From positions 270,001 through 302,000 of the forward strand of contig NZ_JBHSTI010000008.1 in NCBI RefSeq assembly GCF_042660085.1: a DNA stretch of 32,000 bases, given 5' to 3'. Position 1 is the first letter of the stretch, and each line of letters opens with the position of its first letter. The stretch is from Longivirga aurantiaca (GTDB lineage: Bacteria > Actinomycetota > Actinomycetes > S36-B12 > CAIYMF01). The translations under genes were made by a program, and so were the position numbers. Of this stretch, positions 15,649 to 22,929 are shown piece by piece. Under the pieces are notes generated by a model. That model was not told where the DNA came from and did not search any database. It worked only from the letters and a program-made list of their open reading frames with translations.

Positions 15649-15681
15649 TGCGACATACGCACATTGATTGCATATGTCGCT
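15649..15681. promoter_or_regulatory. inverted pair of TGC-N7-GCA boxes in the divergent region between the NIPSNAP operon and kdgK
   Basis: TGCGACATACGCA (15649-15661) and TGCATATGTCGCT (15669-15681), with starts 20 bp apart. The arms GCGACATACGCA and TGCATATGTCGC are reverse complements with one mismatch and a 7-bp spacer. Confidence 0.55.
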
Positions 15682-15746
15682 GAGTGAGGCTAACGTCCAT
15701 CGGAAAGGCAGGTCAAGGTGACCAGCCCCGACGCGCGAAGGCCGAC

Positions 15747-16697
15747 GTGAGCGGGAGTGACCCAGATCTGGTTGCCGTCGGCGAGACGATGGCGACCTTC
15801 GTGCGCGCCGGCGCAGTCGATGCCTACCGGCTCGTGACGGCCGGGGCCGAGTCCAATGTCGCCGCCGGGATGGCCGTGCTGGGGTGCCGGACGCAGTGGC
15901 ACTCGCGGCTCGGGGCCGACGAGCTCGGCGCGTTCGTCGCCGACTCGCTCGCGGCGGCCGGGGTCGACGTCGTCGTCGAGCGCGACCCCGAGCGTCCTAC
16001 GGGTGCGGCGGTCAAGGAGATCGGCGACGCAGGGTCCCGGATGCGCTACTACCGCGCCGGCAGCGCGGCGAGCCGACTCGACCTGCTGGACACGCGTCCC
16101 GCTCAGGAGGCGCAGCGCCTGCACCTCACCGGGGTGACCCCGGCCCTGTCCCGCGAGAACAGCGGCGTGGTCGCGCGGCTGCTCGCCGACCGCCGCGGGG
16201 GCACCAGCTTCGACATCAACTACAGGCCGGTCCTCTGGGCCAGCGCCGAGCAGGCTGCCAGCGTCCTCATCCCGCTGGCACGATCCGCCGACGTCGTCCT
16301 CATCGGCGATGACGAGGCACGGGCGCTTCTCGGGTCCGACGACGTCGACGTGGTGGCGCGAGCGATCCTGGTGCGGCCCGACCAGGAGCTGGTGCTCAAG
16401 CGCGGGCCGTCCGAGGCCGTGCTCGCGACCGAGGACCGGCGCGTCTCCGAACCGGCTCACCGGGTCGAGGTCGTCGACGTCACCGGAGCGGGGGACGGGT
16501 TCGCGGCGGGCTACCTGACGGCTGCGGTCTGGGGCTGGCCCGCGCGTGCGAGACTCCGGCTCGGGCATTTCCTGGCCTCACGGGTCGTGGGAGTCCTGGG
16601 AGACACCGTGCCTGACATCGACCGAGAAGACCTGACCAGGCTCGCCGTTGACCTGGGGCAGACGTGGCCGAACCCGACGGAGGAGAGACGACGATGA
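15747..16697 (+). CDS. kdgK: PfkB-family sugar kinase, 2-dehydro-3-deoxygluconokinase-like
   Basis: Frame of ORF 15684..16697. GTG 15747 is preferred because it leaves room for the divergent promoter. Motifs: LVAVGETMA N-terminus and DVTGAGDGFAAGYL anion-hole/ATP motif. Confidence 0.8.
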   Translation: MSGSDPDLVAVGETMATFVRAGAVDAYRLVTAGAESNVAAGMAVLGCRTQWHSRLGADELGAFVADSLAAAGVDVVVERDPERPTGAAVKEIGDAGSRMRYYRAGSAASRLDLLDTRPAQEAQRLHLTGVTPALSRENSGVVARLLADRRGGTSFDINYRPVLWASAEQAASVLIPLARSADVVLIGDDEARALLGSDDVDVVARAILVRPDQELVLKRGPSEAVLATEDRRVSEPAHRVEVVDVTGAGDGFAAGYLTAAVWGWPARARLRLGHFLASRVVGVLGDTVPDIDREDLTRLAVDLGQTWPNPTEERRR

Positions 16698-17437
16698 GCC
16701 AGACCCTGGATCGAGCCCTGCAGATCCTTGACTACGTGGGGGAGAAGCCGCGGCGCATCGCGGAGATCGCGGAGTTCCTCAACGTCCATCACTCGACGGC
16801 GCTCCGCTTCCTGCACACGCTGCGAAACCACGGGTTCGTGCACGAGCTGCCCGACCACCGGTACCGCCTCGGCGCGGCGATGTTCCGACTGGGCTTCCAG
16901 GCGCTGGACGGGCTCGAGCTGAGGTCAGTGGCCCGACCGGCGATGGAACGCCTGAGCGCCGCGACGGGCGAGACCGTTCACCTCGGTGCGCTCGAGGACG
17001 GCGATGTCGTGTACATCGAGAAGGTCGAGTCGCAGCACCCGGTGCGCACCGTGTCCCGCATCGGTGCGATCGCCACCCTGCACTGCGCCGGAGTGTCCAA
17101 GGCCATCCTCGCGTTCCTTCCCGAGGCGGAGCGGGAGGCGTTGCTCGCCTCGCACGAGCTGGTGCGGCGGACCGACCACACCCTCACCAGCAGGGAGGCG
17201 TTGGAGGCCGATCTCGCGCTGAGCCGCGAGCGCGGTTACGTGCTGGACGACGAGGAGAACGAGCCCGGGATCCACTGCGTGTCCGCCCCCATCTTCTCGG
17301 GCGACGGGGAGGTCGCCGGCTCGATGAGCGTGTCGACGCCGATCAGCCGCATCGACCGGGACGCCCTGCTCGGCTTCGTCCCCGCGCTGCTCGACGCCAC
17401 ACGGTCCACGTCGGCGATGCTGGGCTGGAGCGGCTGA
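16694..17437 (+). CDS. IclR-family transcriptional regulator (KdgR-like)
   Basis: Frame of ORF 16664..17437. ATG 16694 forms an ATGA overlap with the kinase stop. LDRALQILDYVGEKPRRIAEIAEFLNVHHSTALRFLHTL is a winged HTH, followed by an IclR effector domain. Confidence 0.85.
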   Translation: MSQTLDRALQILDYVGEKPRRIAEIAEFLNVHHSTALRFLHTLRNHGFVHELPDHRYRLGAAMFRLGFQALDGLELRSVARPAMERLSAATGETVHLGALEDGDVVYIEKVESQHPVRTVSRIGAIATLHCAGVSKAILAFLPEAEREALLASHELVRRTDHTLTSREALEADLALSRERGYVLDDEENEPGIHCVSAPIFSGDGEVAGSMSVSTPISRIDRDALLGFVPALLDATRSTSAMLGWSG

Positions 17438-18051
17438 TGCAGCTGCGGACCGTCGCAATCCTGCGATCCTTCGGCCCGGAGCGGTCGCGCGAGCTCGCTC
17501 TGCGTTGCTGGGACATCGGCGTCGACCTGGTGGAGGTGCCCGTCCAGGACGACAGGGGCTGGGCCTCCCTGGCGGCCGTTGCCGCTGTGTCGGAGGGGCG
17601 ACCCTTCGGCGCCGGCACCGTGCTCACCACCCACGACTCGCATCGCGCCACCGATGCCGGAGCCTCGGTGGTCATCAGCCCGGGGATCGATGCTGCGGTC
17701 GTCGAGGCCGCCCGGGCCGCGGGGGCGATGCCGCTGCCCGGAGTGTTGACCCCGACGGACGTGACGCTCGCGCACTCCCTCGGCCTGTCCGTGTGCAAGC
17801 TGTTCCCGGCGTCGCAGGTGGGACCCGCCTGGCTCGGGGACATCCGCGGCCCGTTCCCCGCCATGCGGTTCGTCGCCGTCGGGGGCGTGGACCACGTCAC
17901 TGCCGCGGACTACCTGCGGGCCGGCGCTGCCGGGGTCGGCTTCGGCTCGAGCATCGAACGAGTCCTGCAGGCGTCCGACCCGGCCGGGATCATCGCCGGG
18001 CTGCATGCGCTGTGCTCGCCGCCGGGGGCAGCGCCGGATGTACTGATGTAA
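17437..18051 (+). CDS. eda: KDPG/KHG aldolase (paralog 2)
   Basis: ORF track, 204 aa. TGATG overlap with the regulator stop. Motifs: VEVPVQD (Glu), GAGTV, CKLFPA (Lys), AVGGV. Confidence 0.8.
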   Translation: MQLRTVAILRSFGPERSRELALRCWDIGVDLVEVPVQDDRGWASLAAVAAVSEGRPFGAGTVLTTHDSHRATDAGASVVISPGIDAAVVEAARAAGAMPLPGVLTPTDVTLAHSLGLSVCKLFPASQVGPAWLGDIRGPFPAMRFVAVGGVDHVTAADYLRAGAAGVGFGSSIERVLQASDPAGIIAGLHALCSPPGAAPDVLM

Positions 18052-18064
18052 TGATGAGTCGCCG

Positions 18065-18094
18065 TTGACTCCTCCCGACGCATCTGGGTAATCT
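18065..18094 (+). promoter_or_regulatory. candidate housekeeping-type promoter for the etf-GMC operon
   Basis: TTGACT (18065-18070), 18 nt, TAATCT (18089-18094). The TGC boxes begin 3 nt downstream of the -10. Confidence 0.35.
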
Positions 18095-18096
18095 TC

Positions 18097-18129
18097 TGCA
18101 CTATGCGCGGAGCATCTGCATATGCTGCA
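18097..18129. promoter_or_regulatory. paired TGC-N7-GCA boxes upstream of etfB
   Basis: TGCACTATGCGCG (18097-18109, one mismatch) and TGCATATGCTGCA (18117-18129), with starts 20 bp apart. Confidence 0.45.
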
Positions 18130-18140
18130 TTGGAGGGCTC

Positions 18141-18905
18141 GTGAAGGTCCTGGTCTGTGTCACACAGACGCTCGAGGTGGCGACCTACCTCGAGTTCACC
18201 CCTGACGGGCGCGAGCTGGACCCTGCCTTCGTCACCGCTCTGGTGAACGAGGCGGATCTGTGCGCCGTCGAGGAGGCGCTAGGGCTCGTCGCGGCTGCCG
18301 GCGGCGGCGAGGTCGTCCTCGTCAGCGTCGGCGAGGACAGTGCCGAGGACGCGCTCCGCTCCGCGCTGGCGCTCGGTCCGGAGCGTGCTGTCCGGGTGTG
18401 GGGCGAGGGGGTCGTGCTCTCCGACGCCGGCTCGATCGCCGCCGCGCTGATGACCGCCGTCGAGGCCGAGTCCCCGGACCTCGTGCTCACCGGAGTCCAG
18501 TCGTCGGACACCGGCGCCCAGTCGGTCGGGCCGGCCCTCGCCGCGCGGTGGGGTGTCGCCTGCGTGCCCGTGGGCCGACGGCTGTCGGCGTCCGGATCGA
18601 CCCTCAGCCTGGAGCGCGAGTTCGAGGCCGGCCTCGTCGAGCGGGTCGAGGTGGATCTGCCCGCCCTGGTGACGGTTCAGGTCGGTGCCAACACGCCTCG
18701 CTACGGGACCTTCAAGGACAAGATGCGTGCGAAGAAGGCTGACATCGGCGTGCTCGAGCCCTCGGTGATGCCGCCGGCGCGGACGACGCTCACCCGCCTT
18801 GAGGCAGCTCCGCACGGCTCCGGCCGCTCGATCGAGCTCATCGAGGGCGGCCCGTCGGTCGTAGCCGCCCGCATCGTCGAACTGGTTCGGGAGGCCCAGT
18901 CGTGA
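18141..18905 (+). CDS. etfB: electron transfer flavoprotein, beta subunit
   Basis: ORF track, 254 aa, GGAGGG RBS. MKVLVCV... N-terminus, NEADLCAVEEAL, and DLVLTGVQSSD, typical of EtfB/FixA. Confidence 0.85.
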   Translation: MKVLVCVTQTLEVATYLEFTPDGRELDPAFVTALVNEADLCAVEEALGLVAAAGGGEVVLVSVGEDSAEDALRSALALGPERAVRVWGEGVVLSDAGSIAAALMTAVEAESPDLVLTGVQSSDTGAQSVGPALAARWGVACVPVGRRLSASGSTLSLEREFEAGLVERVEVDLPALVTVQVGANTPRYGTFKDKMRAKKADIGVLEPSVMPPARTTLTRLEAAPHGSGRSIELIEGGPSVVAARIVELVREAQS

Positions 18906-19846
18906 CCCGTTCCCTGGTCCTTGCCGAGGTGGTGGACGGCGTCCTCGCCCCCGTGACAGCGCAGGCGGTCGCGGCCGCCGTGGGCCTGGGCGGCGACATC
19001 GTCCTCGGCCTCGTCGCGCAGGACCCTGAGGCGCTCGTCCTTGCCGCTTCTCTGGCGGGTGTCACCGAGATCGTGACGGTCGCGGTCCCAGGGACGGACC
19101 GTGATCACGAGCAGGCGCTCCAGGCGGCCGTGGCCCTCGTGGCCGACGTCCGGCCCGATCAGGTGATCGCCGGATTCACCATCCGTTCCTCGTCCTACGC
19201 GGCCGCACTCGGTCACGTCCTGGACGTGGGCGTGATCACCGACGCGATCGCCCTGCGCCGTGACGACTCACAGAACCTGGTCGCGACACGGTCGGTCTAC
19301 GACGGCCGCGTCCAGGCCGAGGTGGTGCTCGACGGCTCCCGGCCGGGCGTCGTCCTGGTACGCCCGTCGTCCTGGGAGCCCGTCGAGCCCGGTGGCGCAC
19401 CGGTCGTACGGGCGCTGAGCGTCGAGATCGCCCCATCGCGTGTTCGCTCCGTCGAGCTCGTTCGGCCGTCGGGCGACGTCGACCTCGCGCGCGCCGACGT
19501 GATCCTCTCGATCGGTCGCGGAGTGGGGAGCCAGGAGAACGTGGCTGTCTTCGCGGACGTTGCGGCCAGGCTGGGTGTGGCGCTGGGTGCCTCGCGGCCG
19601 ATCGTCGATGCCGGATGGCTGCCGGCGGCGCACCAGGTCGGGCAGACCGGTTCGACCGTGAAGCCCCGCCTGTACCTGGCCTTCGGCATCTCCGGCGCGC
19701 TGCACCACCTGGCGGGTATGCAGAACAGCCGGACCATCCTGGTCGTGAACTCCGACAGGAACGCCCCGCTCTTCGGCCACGCCGATGTCGGTGCCGTCGA
19801 GGATATCCATGACGTCGTCGAGCAGCTCAACCTGCTGCTCGCCTAG
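18902..19846 (+). CDS. etfA: electron transfer flavoprotein, alpha subunit
   Basis: ORF track, 314 aa. GTGA overlap with etfB. C-terminal FAD domain: GASRPIVDAGWLP...QVGQTGSTVKPRLYLAFGISGALHHLAGM. Confidence 0.85.
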   Translation: MTRSLVLAEVVDGVLAPVTAQAVAAAVGLGGDIVLGLVAQDPEALVLAASLAGVTEIVTVAVPGTDRDHEQALQAAVALVADVRPDQVIAGFTIRSSSYAAALGHVLDVGVITDAIALRRDDSQNLVATRSVYDGRVQAEVVLDGSRPGVVLVRPSSWEPVEPGGAPVVRALSVEIAPSRVRSVELVRPSGDVDLARADVILSIGRGVGSQENVAVFADVAARLGVALGASRPIVDAGWLPAAHQVGQTGSTVKPRLYLAFGISGALHHLAGMQNSRTILVVNSDRNAPLFGHADVGAVEDIHDVVEQLNLLLA

Positions 19847-19873
19847 CCAGCGCACCAGGGTCGGGAGGATCTC

Positions 19874-21499
19874 GTGAGCACGCACGATGTGCCAGACGTA
19901 CTCATCATCGGCGCGGGAGCGTCGGGCGGTGTCGCGGCCAAGCATCTGGCCGAGGAAGGCCTCAGCGTCGTCATCCTCGAACAGGGGAACTGGGTCGACC
20001 AGAGCGACATGCCCGGGCTCCGTCCGGAGTACGAGCTCCTCGGCAGCGGTCCCTGGCATCCGAACCCCAACGTTCGTAACCGCCCCGAGGACTACCCGGT
20101 CAATCTCGACGACAGCGCGGCGGTCATCGGGATGTTCAACGGCGTCGGCGGCAGCACGGTCCTGTACGCCAGCTGCTGGTGCCGCGCCAAGCCGTCGGAC
20201 TTCCGCGTGCGCACGCTCGACGGCGTGGCCGACGACTGGCCGTTGTCGTACGAGGAGCTCGCCCCCTTCTACGCGCAGGTCGAGCTGGAGCTCGGGATCT
20301 CGGGTCAGCCAGGGAACCCGGCCTACCCGCCGGGCTACGCGCCGCCGCTCCCCTCGCTGCCCATCAACATGGCGGGACGCGTCATGGCGCAGGGCATGAA
20401 CAAGCTGGGCTGGCACTGGTGGCCCGGCTACAACTCGATCGCCTCCCGTGACCATCTGCATCAGAAGCAGTGCCAGCGCCTCGGCGTGTGCATGTACGGA
20501 TGCCCTGAGGGGGCCAAGGGCTCGAGCGACGTAGCCCTCATCCCCGATGCGCTGGCGCACGGTGCGCGGCTCGAGACCGGCGCCCGCGTCGCCCAGATCA
20601 CCCTGGACGAGAAGGGCCGTGCCAGCGGAGCCGTCTACTTCAAGGACGGCAAGGAGCACTTCCAGCCGGCCAAGGTCGTGCTCGTGGGCGCCAACGGTGT
20701 CGGGACGCCACGACTTCTGCTGATGAGCGAGTCCAACCGGTTCCCGGACGGGCTCGCGAACAGCTCGGGCCTCGTCGGCAAGCGGTTCATGACACATCCG
20801 TTCGGCACATCCGTCGGTCTCTACGAGGACGATCTCGAGGACTGGGTCGGCCCAACCGGCGAGGCGATCGAGTCGATGCAGTTCTACGAGACCGATGCCT
20901 CGCGCGGATTCGTGCGCGGCAGCAAGTGGCACATCATCCCGTCCGCGGGGCGCCCCCTCGGCATGATCAACCGCTTCACGATGGGGGAGGCGGGTGTCGC
21001 GGACGAGCCGTTCTGGGGGGAGCCCTTCACCGACCGGATGAGGTCGTCCGTCGGGCACCTCATCGAGTGGATGATCATGCCCGACGACCTGCCGGAGGAG
21101 ACGAACTTCATCTCGCTCGACCGGTCGATGTCCGACTCCGACGGTCTTCCCGCCGCCAAGGTCACCTACGTGACATCGGAGAACACGCGTCGGCTCGTCG
21201 ACTGGAACCTCCAGCGGAGCCTCGAGGCGCACGAGGCCGCCGGGGCGACGAAGGCGTGGATCACCAACCGCAACAACCCCTCGTGGCACAACATGGGCAC
21301 CGCCAAGATGGGCGACGACCGTGAGACCTCGGTCGTGGACCGTTGGGGTCGGACCCATGACGTCCCGAACCTCTACGTCATCGACGGGAGCCAGTTCCCC
21401 ACGGCGACGGGAGTCAATCCGACCGCGACGATCTGTGCGCTGGCCAAGCGGACGGCGACGTTCATCGCGAACAACCGTGACCAGGTGGTGGCGTGGTGA
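19874..21499 (+). CDS. GMC-family FAD-dependent dehydrogenase, large subunit (copy 2)
   Basis: ORF track, 541 aa, GTG start after GGGAGGA. By eye it is roughly two thirds to 70% identical in protein to copy 1 over most of its length. The last 22 codons are identical at the nucleotide level. Confidence 0.85.
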   Translation: MSTHDVPDVLIIGAGASGGVAAKHLAEEGLSVVILEQGNWVDQSDMPGLRPEYELLGSGPWHPNPNVRNRPEDYPVNLDDSAAVIGMFNGVGGSTVLYASCWCRAKPSDFRVRTLDGVADDWPLSYEELAPFYAQVELELGISGQPGNPAYPPGYAPPLPSLPINMAGRVMAQGMNKLGWHWWPGYNSIASRDHLHQKQCQRLGVCMYGCPEGAKGSSDVALIPDALAHGARLETGARVAQITLDEKGRASGAVYFKDGKEHFQPAKVVLVGANGVGTPRLLLMSESNRFPDGLANSSGLVGKRFMTHPFGTSVGLYEDDLEDWVGPTGEAIESMQFYETDASRGFVRGSKWHIIPSAGRPLGMINRFTMGEAGVADEPFWGEPFTDRMRSSVGHLIEWMIMPDDLPEETNFISLDRSMSDSDGLPAAKVTYVTSENTRRLVDWNLQRSLEAHEAAGATKAWITNRNNPSWHNMGTAKMGDDRETSVVDRWGRTHDVPNLYVIDGSQFPTATGVNPTATICALAKRTATFIANNRDQVVAW

Positions 21500-21944
21500 G
21501 CGTGGATGTGTCCGTGCAGGGTTCGGTGCCGCTCACCGCGGAGCAGCGGGCCCGGTTGTCCGCGCTGGCCGACGTCCTGATCCGCGGCGGTGCCGGTCTG
21601 CCCTCGGCCAGCGAGGCGGAGGTGCACTCGGTGTGGATCGACCGGGTGTTCGTGGCGCGCCCGGACATGGAGGTCGTGGTGCGCGGGGTGCTGGACGTGG
21701 CTGGGGATGCCGAGTCGGTCGTGGCCGGTCTGCGGGCCTCGGACGCGGAGCGGTTCTCGGCGTTCGCGTTCGCGGTCGCGGGGGCGTGGCTGATCAATCC
21801 GCGGGTGCGTCGTGAGCTGGGCTACCCGGGCCCGGTGCCGATGCGTCAGCCCGCCCTGCCCGACGAGGCCGACGCCTATCTCGAGGACGGCATCCTCGAC
21901 GTCGTCATCGCCCGAGGCCCCATCTACCGCCCCACCCCGGACGC
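21431..21944 (+). repeat. 514-bp direct repeat, copy B (partner 7560-8073)
   Basis: See copy A. Identity stops at 21944, one base before the TGA stop of small-subunit copy 2. Confidence 0.9.
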
Positions 21945-21948
21945 CTGA
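21493..21948 (+). CDS. small subunit of the flavoprotein dehydrogenase, copy 2
   Basis: ORF track, 151 aa. The protein is identical to copy 1 except that it lacks the terminal Gln. Confidence 0.6.
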   Translation: MVSVDVSVQGSVPLTAEQRARLSALADVLIRGGAGLPSASEAEVHSVWIDRVFVARPDMEVVVRGVLDVAGDAESVVAGLRASDAERFSAFAFAVAGAWLINPRVRRELGYPGPVPMRQPALPDEADAYLEDGILDVVIARGPIYRPTPDA

Positions 21949-21954
21949 GACGGC

Positions 21955-22908
21955 TTATGGGCGGGCCGGCTCATGCCAGGTCAGGAAGCGCGCGGGGTTG
22001 TCGACGGTGATCCGGCGTACCGACTCGTCGTCGAGGCCCTCGCGGCGTAGCCACGGGATGAGTCGCCACGGGATGTAGCTGTAGCCGGGCCCACCACCCC
22101 ACGACACCAGCGAGCTGCGTCGTGCCAGGTCGCCGGACAGGGTGATGTGGTCGACCAGGCCGTCCTCGACGAGGCGGAGGATCGCTTGGACTCGGGCGGA
22201 GTCCGGCTCGTACCACTCCTTCGACACGCAGTCGTAGCCGAGTGTGAACCCGTCCCGCGCCAAGGCGCGGTGCTCCGCCACGTCCAGCCTGCGGTCGAGA
22301 TGACCGAGCGTGACGCGCTGCGGATCGGCGCCGGCACGGGTGAGGACCCGGGCCTGGTCGACGGCCATCGTCCCGGCCGTCGTATGGGTGGTGATCGGCG
22401 CGCCCGTGACGACCTGCGCCCGGGCTGCTGCAGTGAGGACGCGCTCCTCGGCGGCAGTCACGGTGTCCCGGGAGCTGCCTGCCTTGATCACCCCCGCGCG
22501 TACGCCGGTGGCACCGATCCCCTCGGTGAGCTCGACCGTCATCTCCTCGACGAGCTGGTCGACCCCGCGGTCCTCGATGTCGAGAACCCCGGACCAGTAG
22601 TCGACGGACACGTGGCCGGTGGTGGCGACGACATGCACCCCGGAGGCGCGCGAGATGCGCGCGAGAGCGGCGACGTCGCGGCCGAACTCGGCGACCGTCA
22701 CCTCGACGAGGGCCCCGCCTCCGGCCGAGCGGTAGATGGCCACCTCCTCGGTCGCGCGAGCCTCGTCGTCGAGCAGCAGGTCGTCGTTGTCGCGCAGCCG
22801 AGGCGCGGGGGCGGTCATGAGGTGCTCGTGGCAGAGCGTCAGACCGAGAGCCGTCGGTGGGATGTCACCGAGCACCGTCCGTACGAATGCTTGACCCGTC
22901 ATGGTCAC
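21955..22908 (-). CDS. phosphotriesterase-homology protein (amidohydrolase superfamily, Php/YhfV-like; possible lactonase)
   Basis: ORF track, 317 aa. HxH motif in LTLCHEHL, with later metal-ligand contexts (TTHT, GHLD, LSGD). The start may be ATG 22902 if the transcript is leaderless. Confidence 0.8.
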   Translation of the reverse strand: MTMTGQAFVRTVLGDIPPTALGLTLCHEHLMTAPAPRLRDNDDLLLDDEARATEEVAIYRSAGGGALVEVTVAEFGRDVAALARISRASGVHVVATTGHVSVDYWSGVLDIEDRGVDQLVEEMTVELTEGIGATGVRAGVIKAGSSRDTVTAAEERVLTAAARAQVVTGAPITTHTTAGTMAVDQARVLTRAGADPQRVTLGHLDRRLDVAEHRALARDGFTLGYDCVSKEWYEPDSARVQAILRLVEDGLVDHITLSGDLARRSSLVSWGGGPGYSYIPWRLIPWLRREGLDDESVRRITVDNPARFLTWHEPARP

Positions 22909-22920
22909 TTATCATAACGT
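22907..22920. promoter_or_regulatory. second copy of the ACTTATCATAACGT promoter/operator core
   Basis: 14 of 14 identical to 3609-3622. It fills most of the 21-bp gap between the divergent start codons at 22908 and 22930. It carries the same overlapping -10-like hexamers (TATGAT minus, TAACGT plus). Confidence 0.5.
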
Positions 22921-22929
22921 AGTGACAAC

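Noticed and set aside
19268-21358. 696-aa minus-strand ORF opposite etfA/GMC copy 2. Similar ORFs lie at 5952..7487, 1458..2933, 8916..10247, 24315..25847, 27329..28492, 28362..29693 and 30463..31677.
   Set aside because: All are antisense or out-of-frame shadows of motif-supported genes. None shows a recognisable domain, and all have Arg/Gly/Pro-biased composition.
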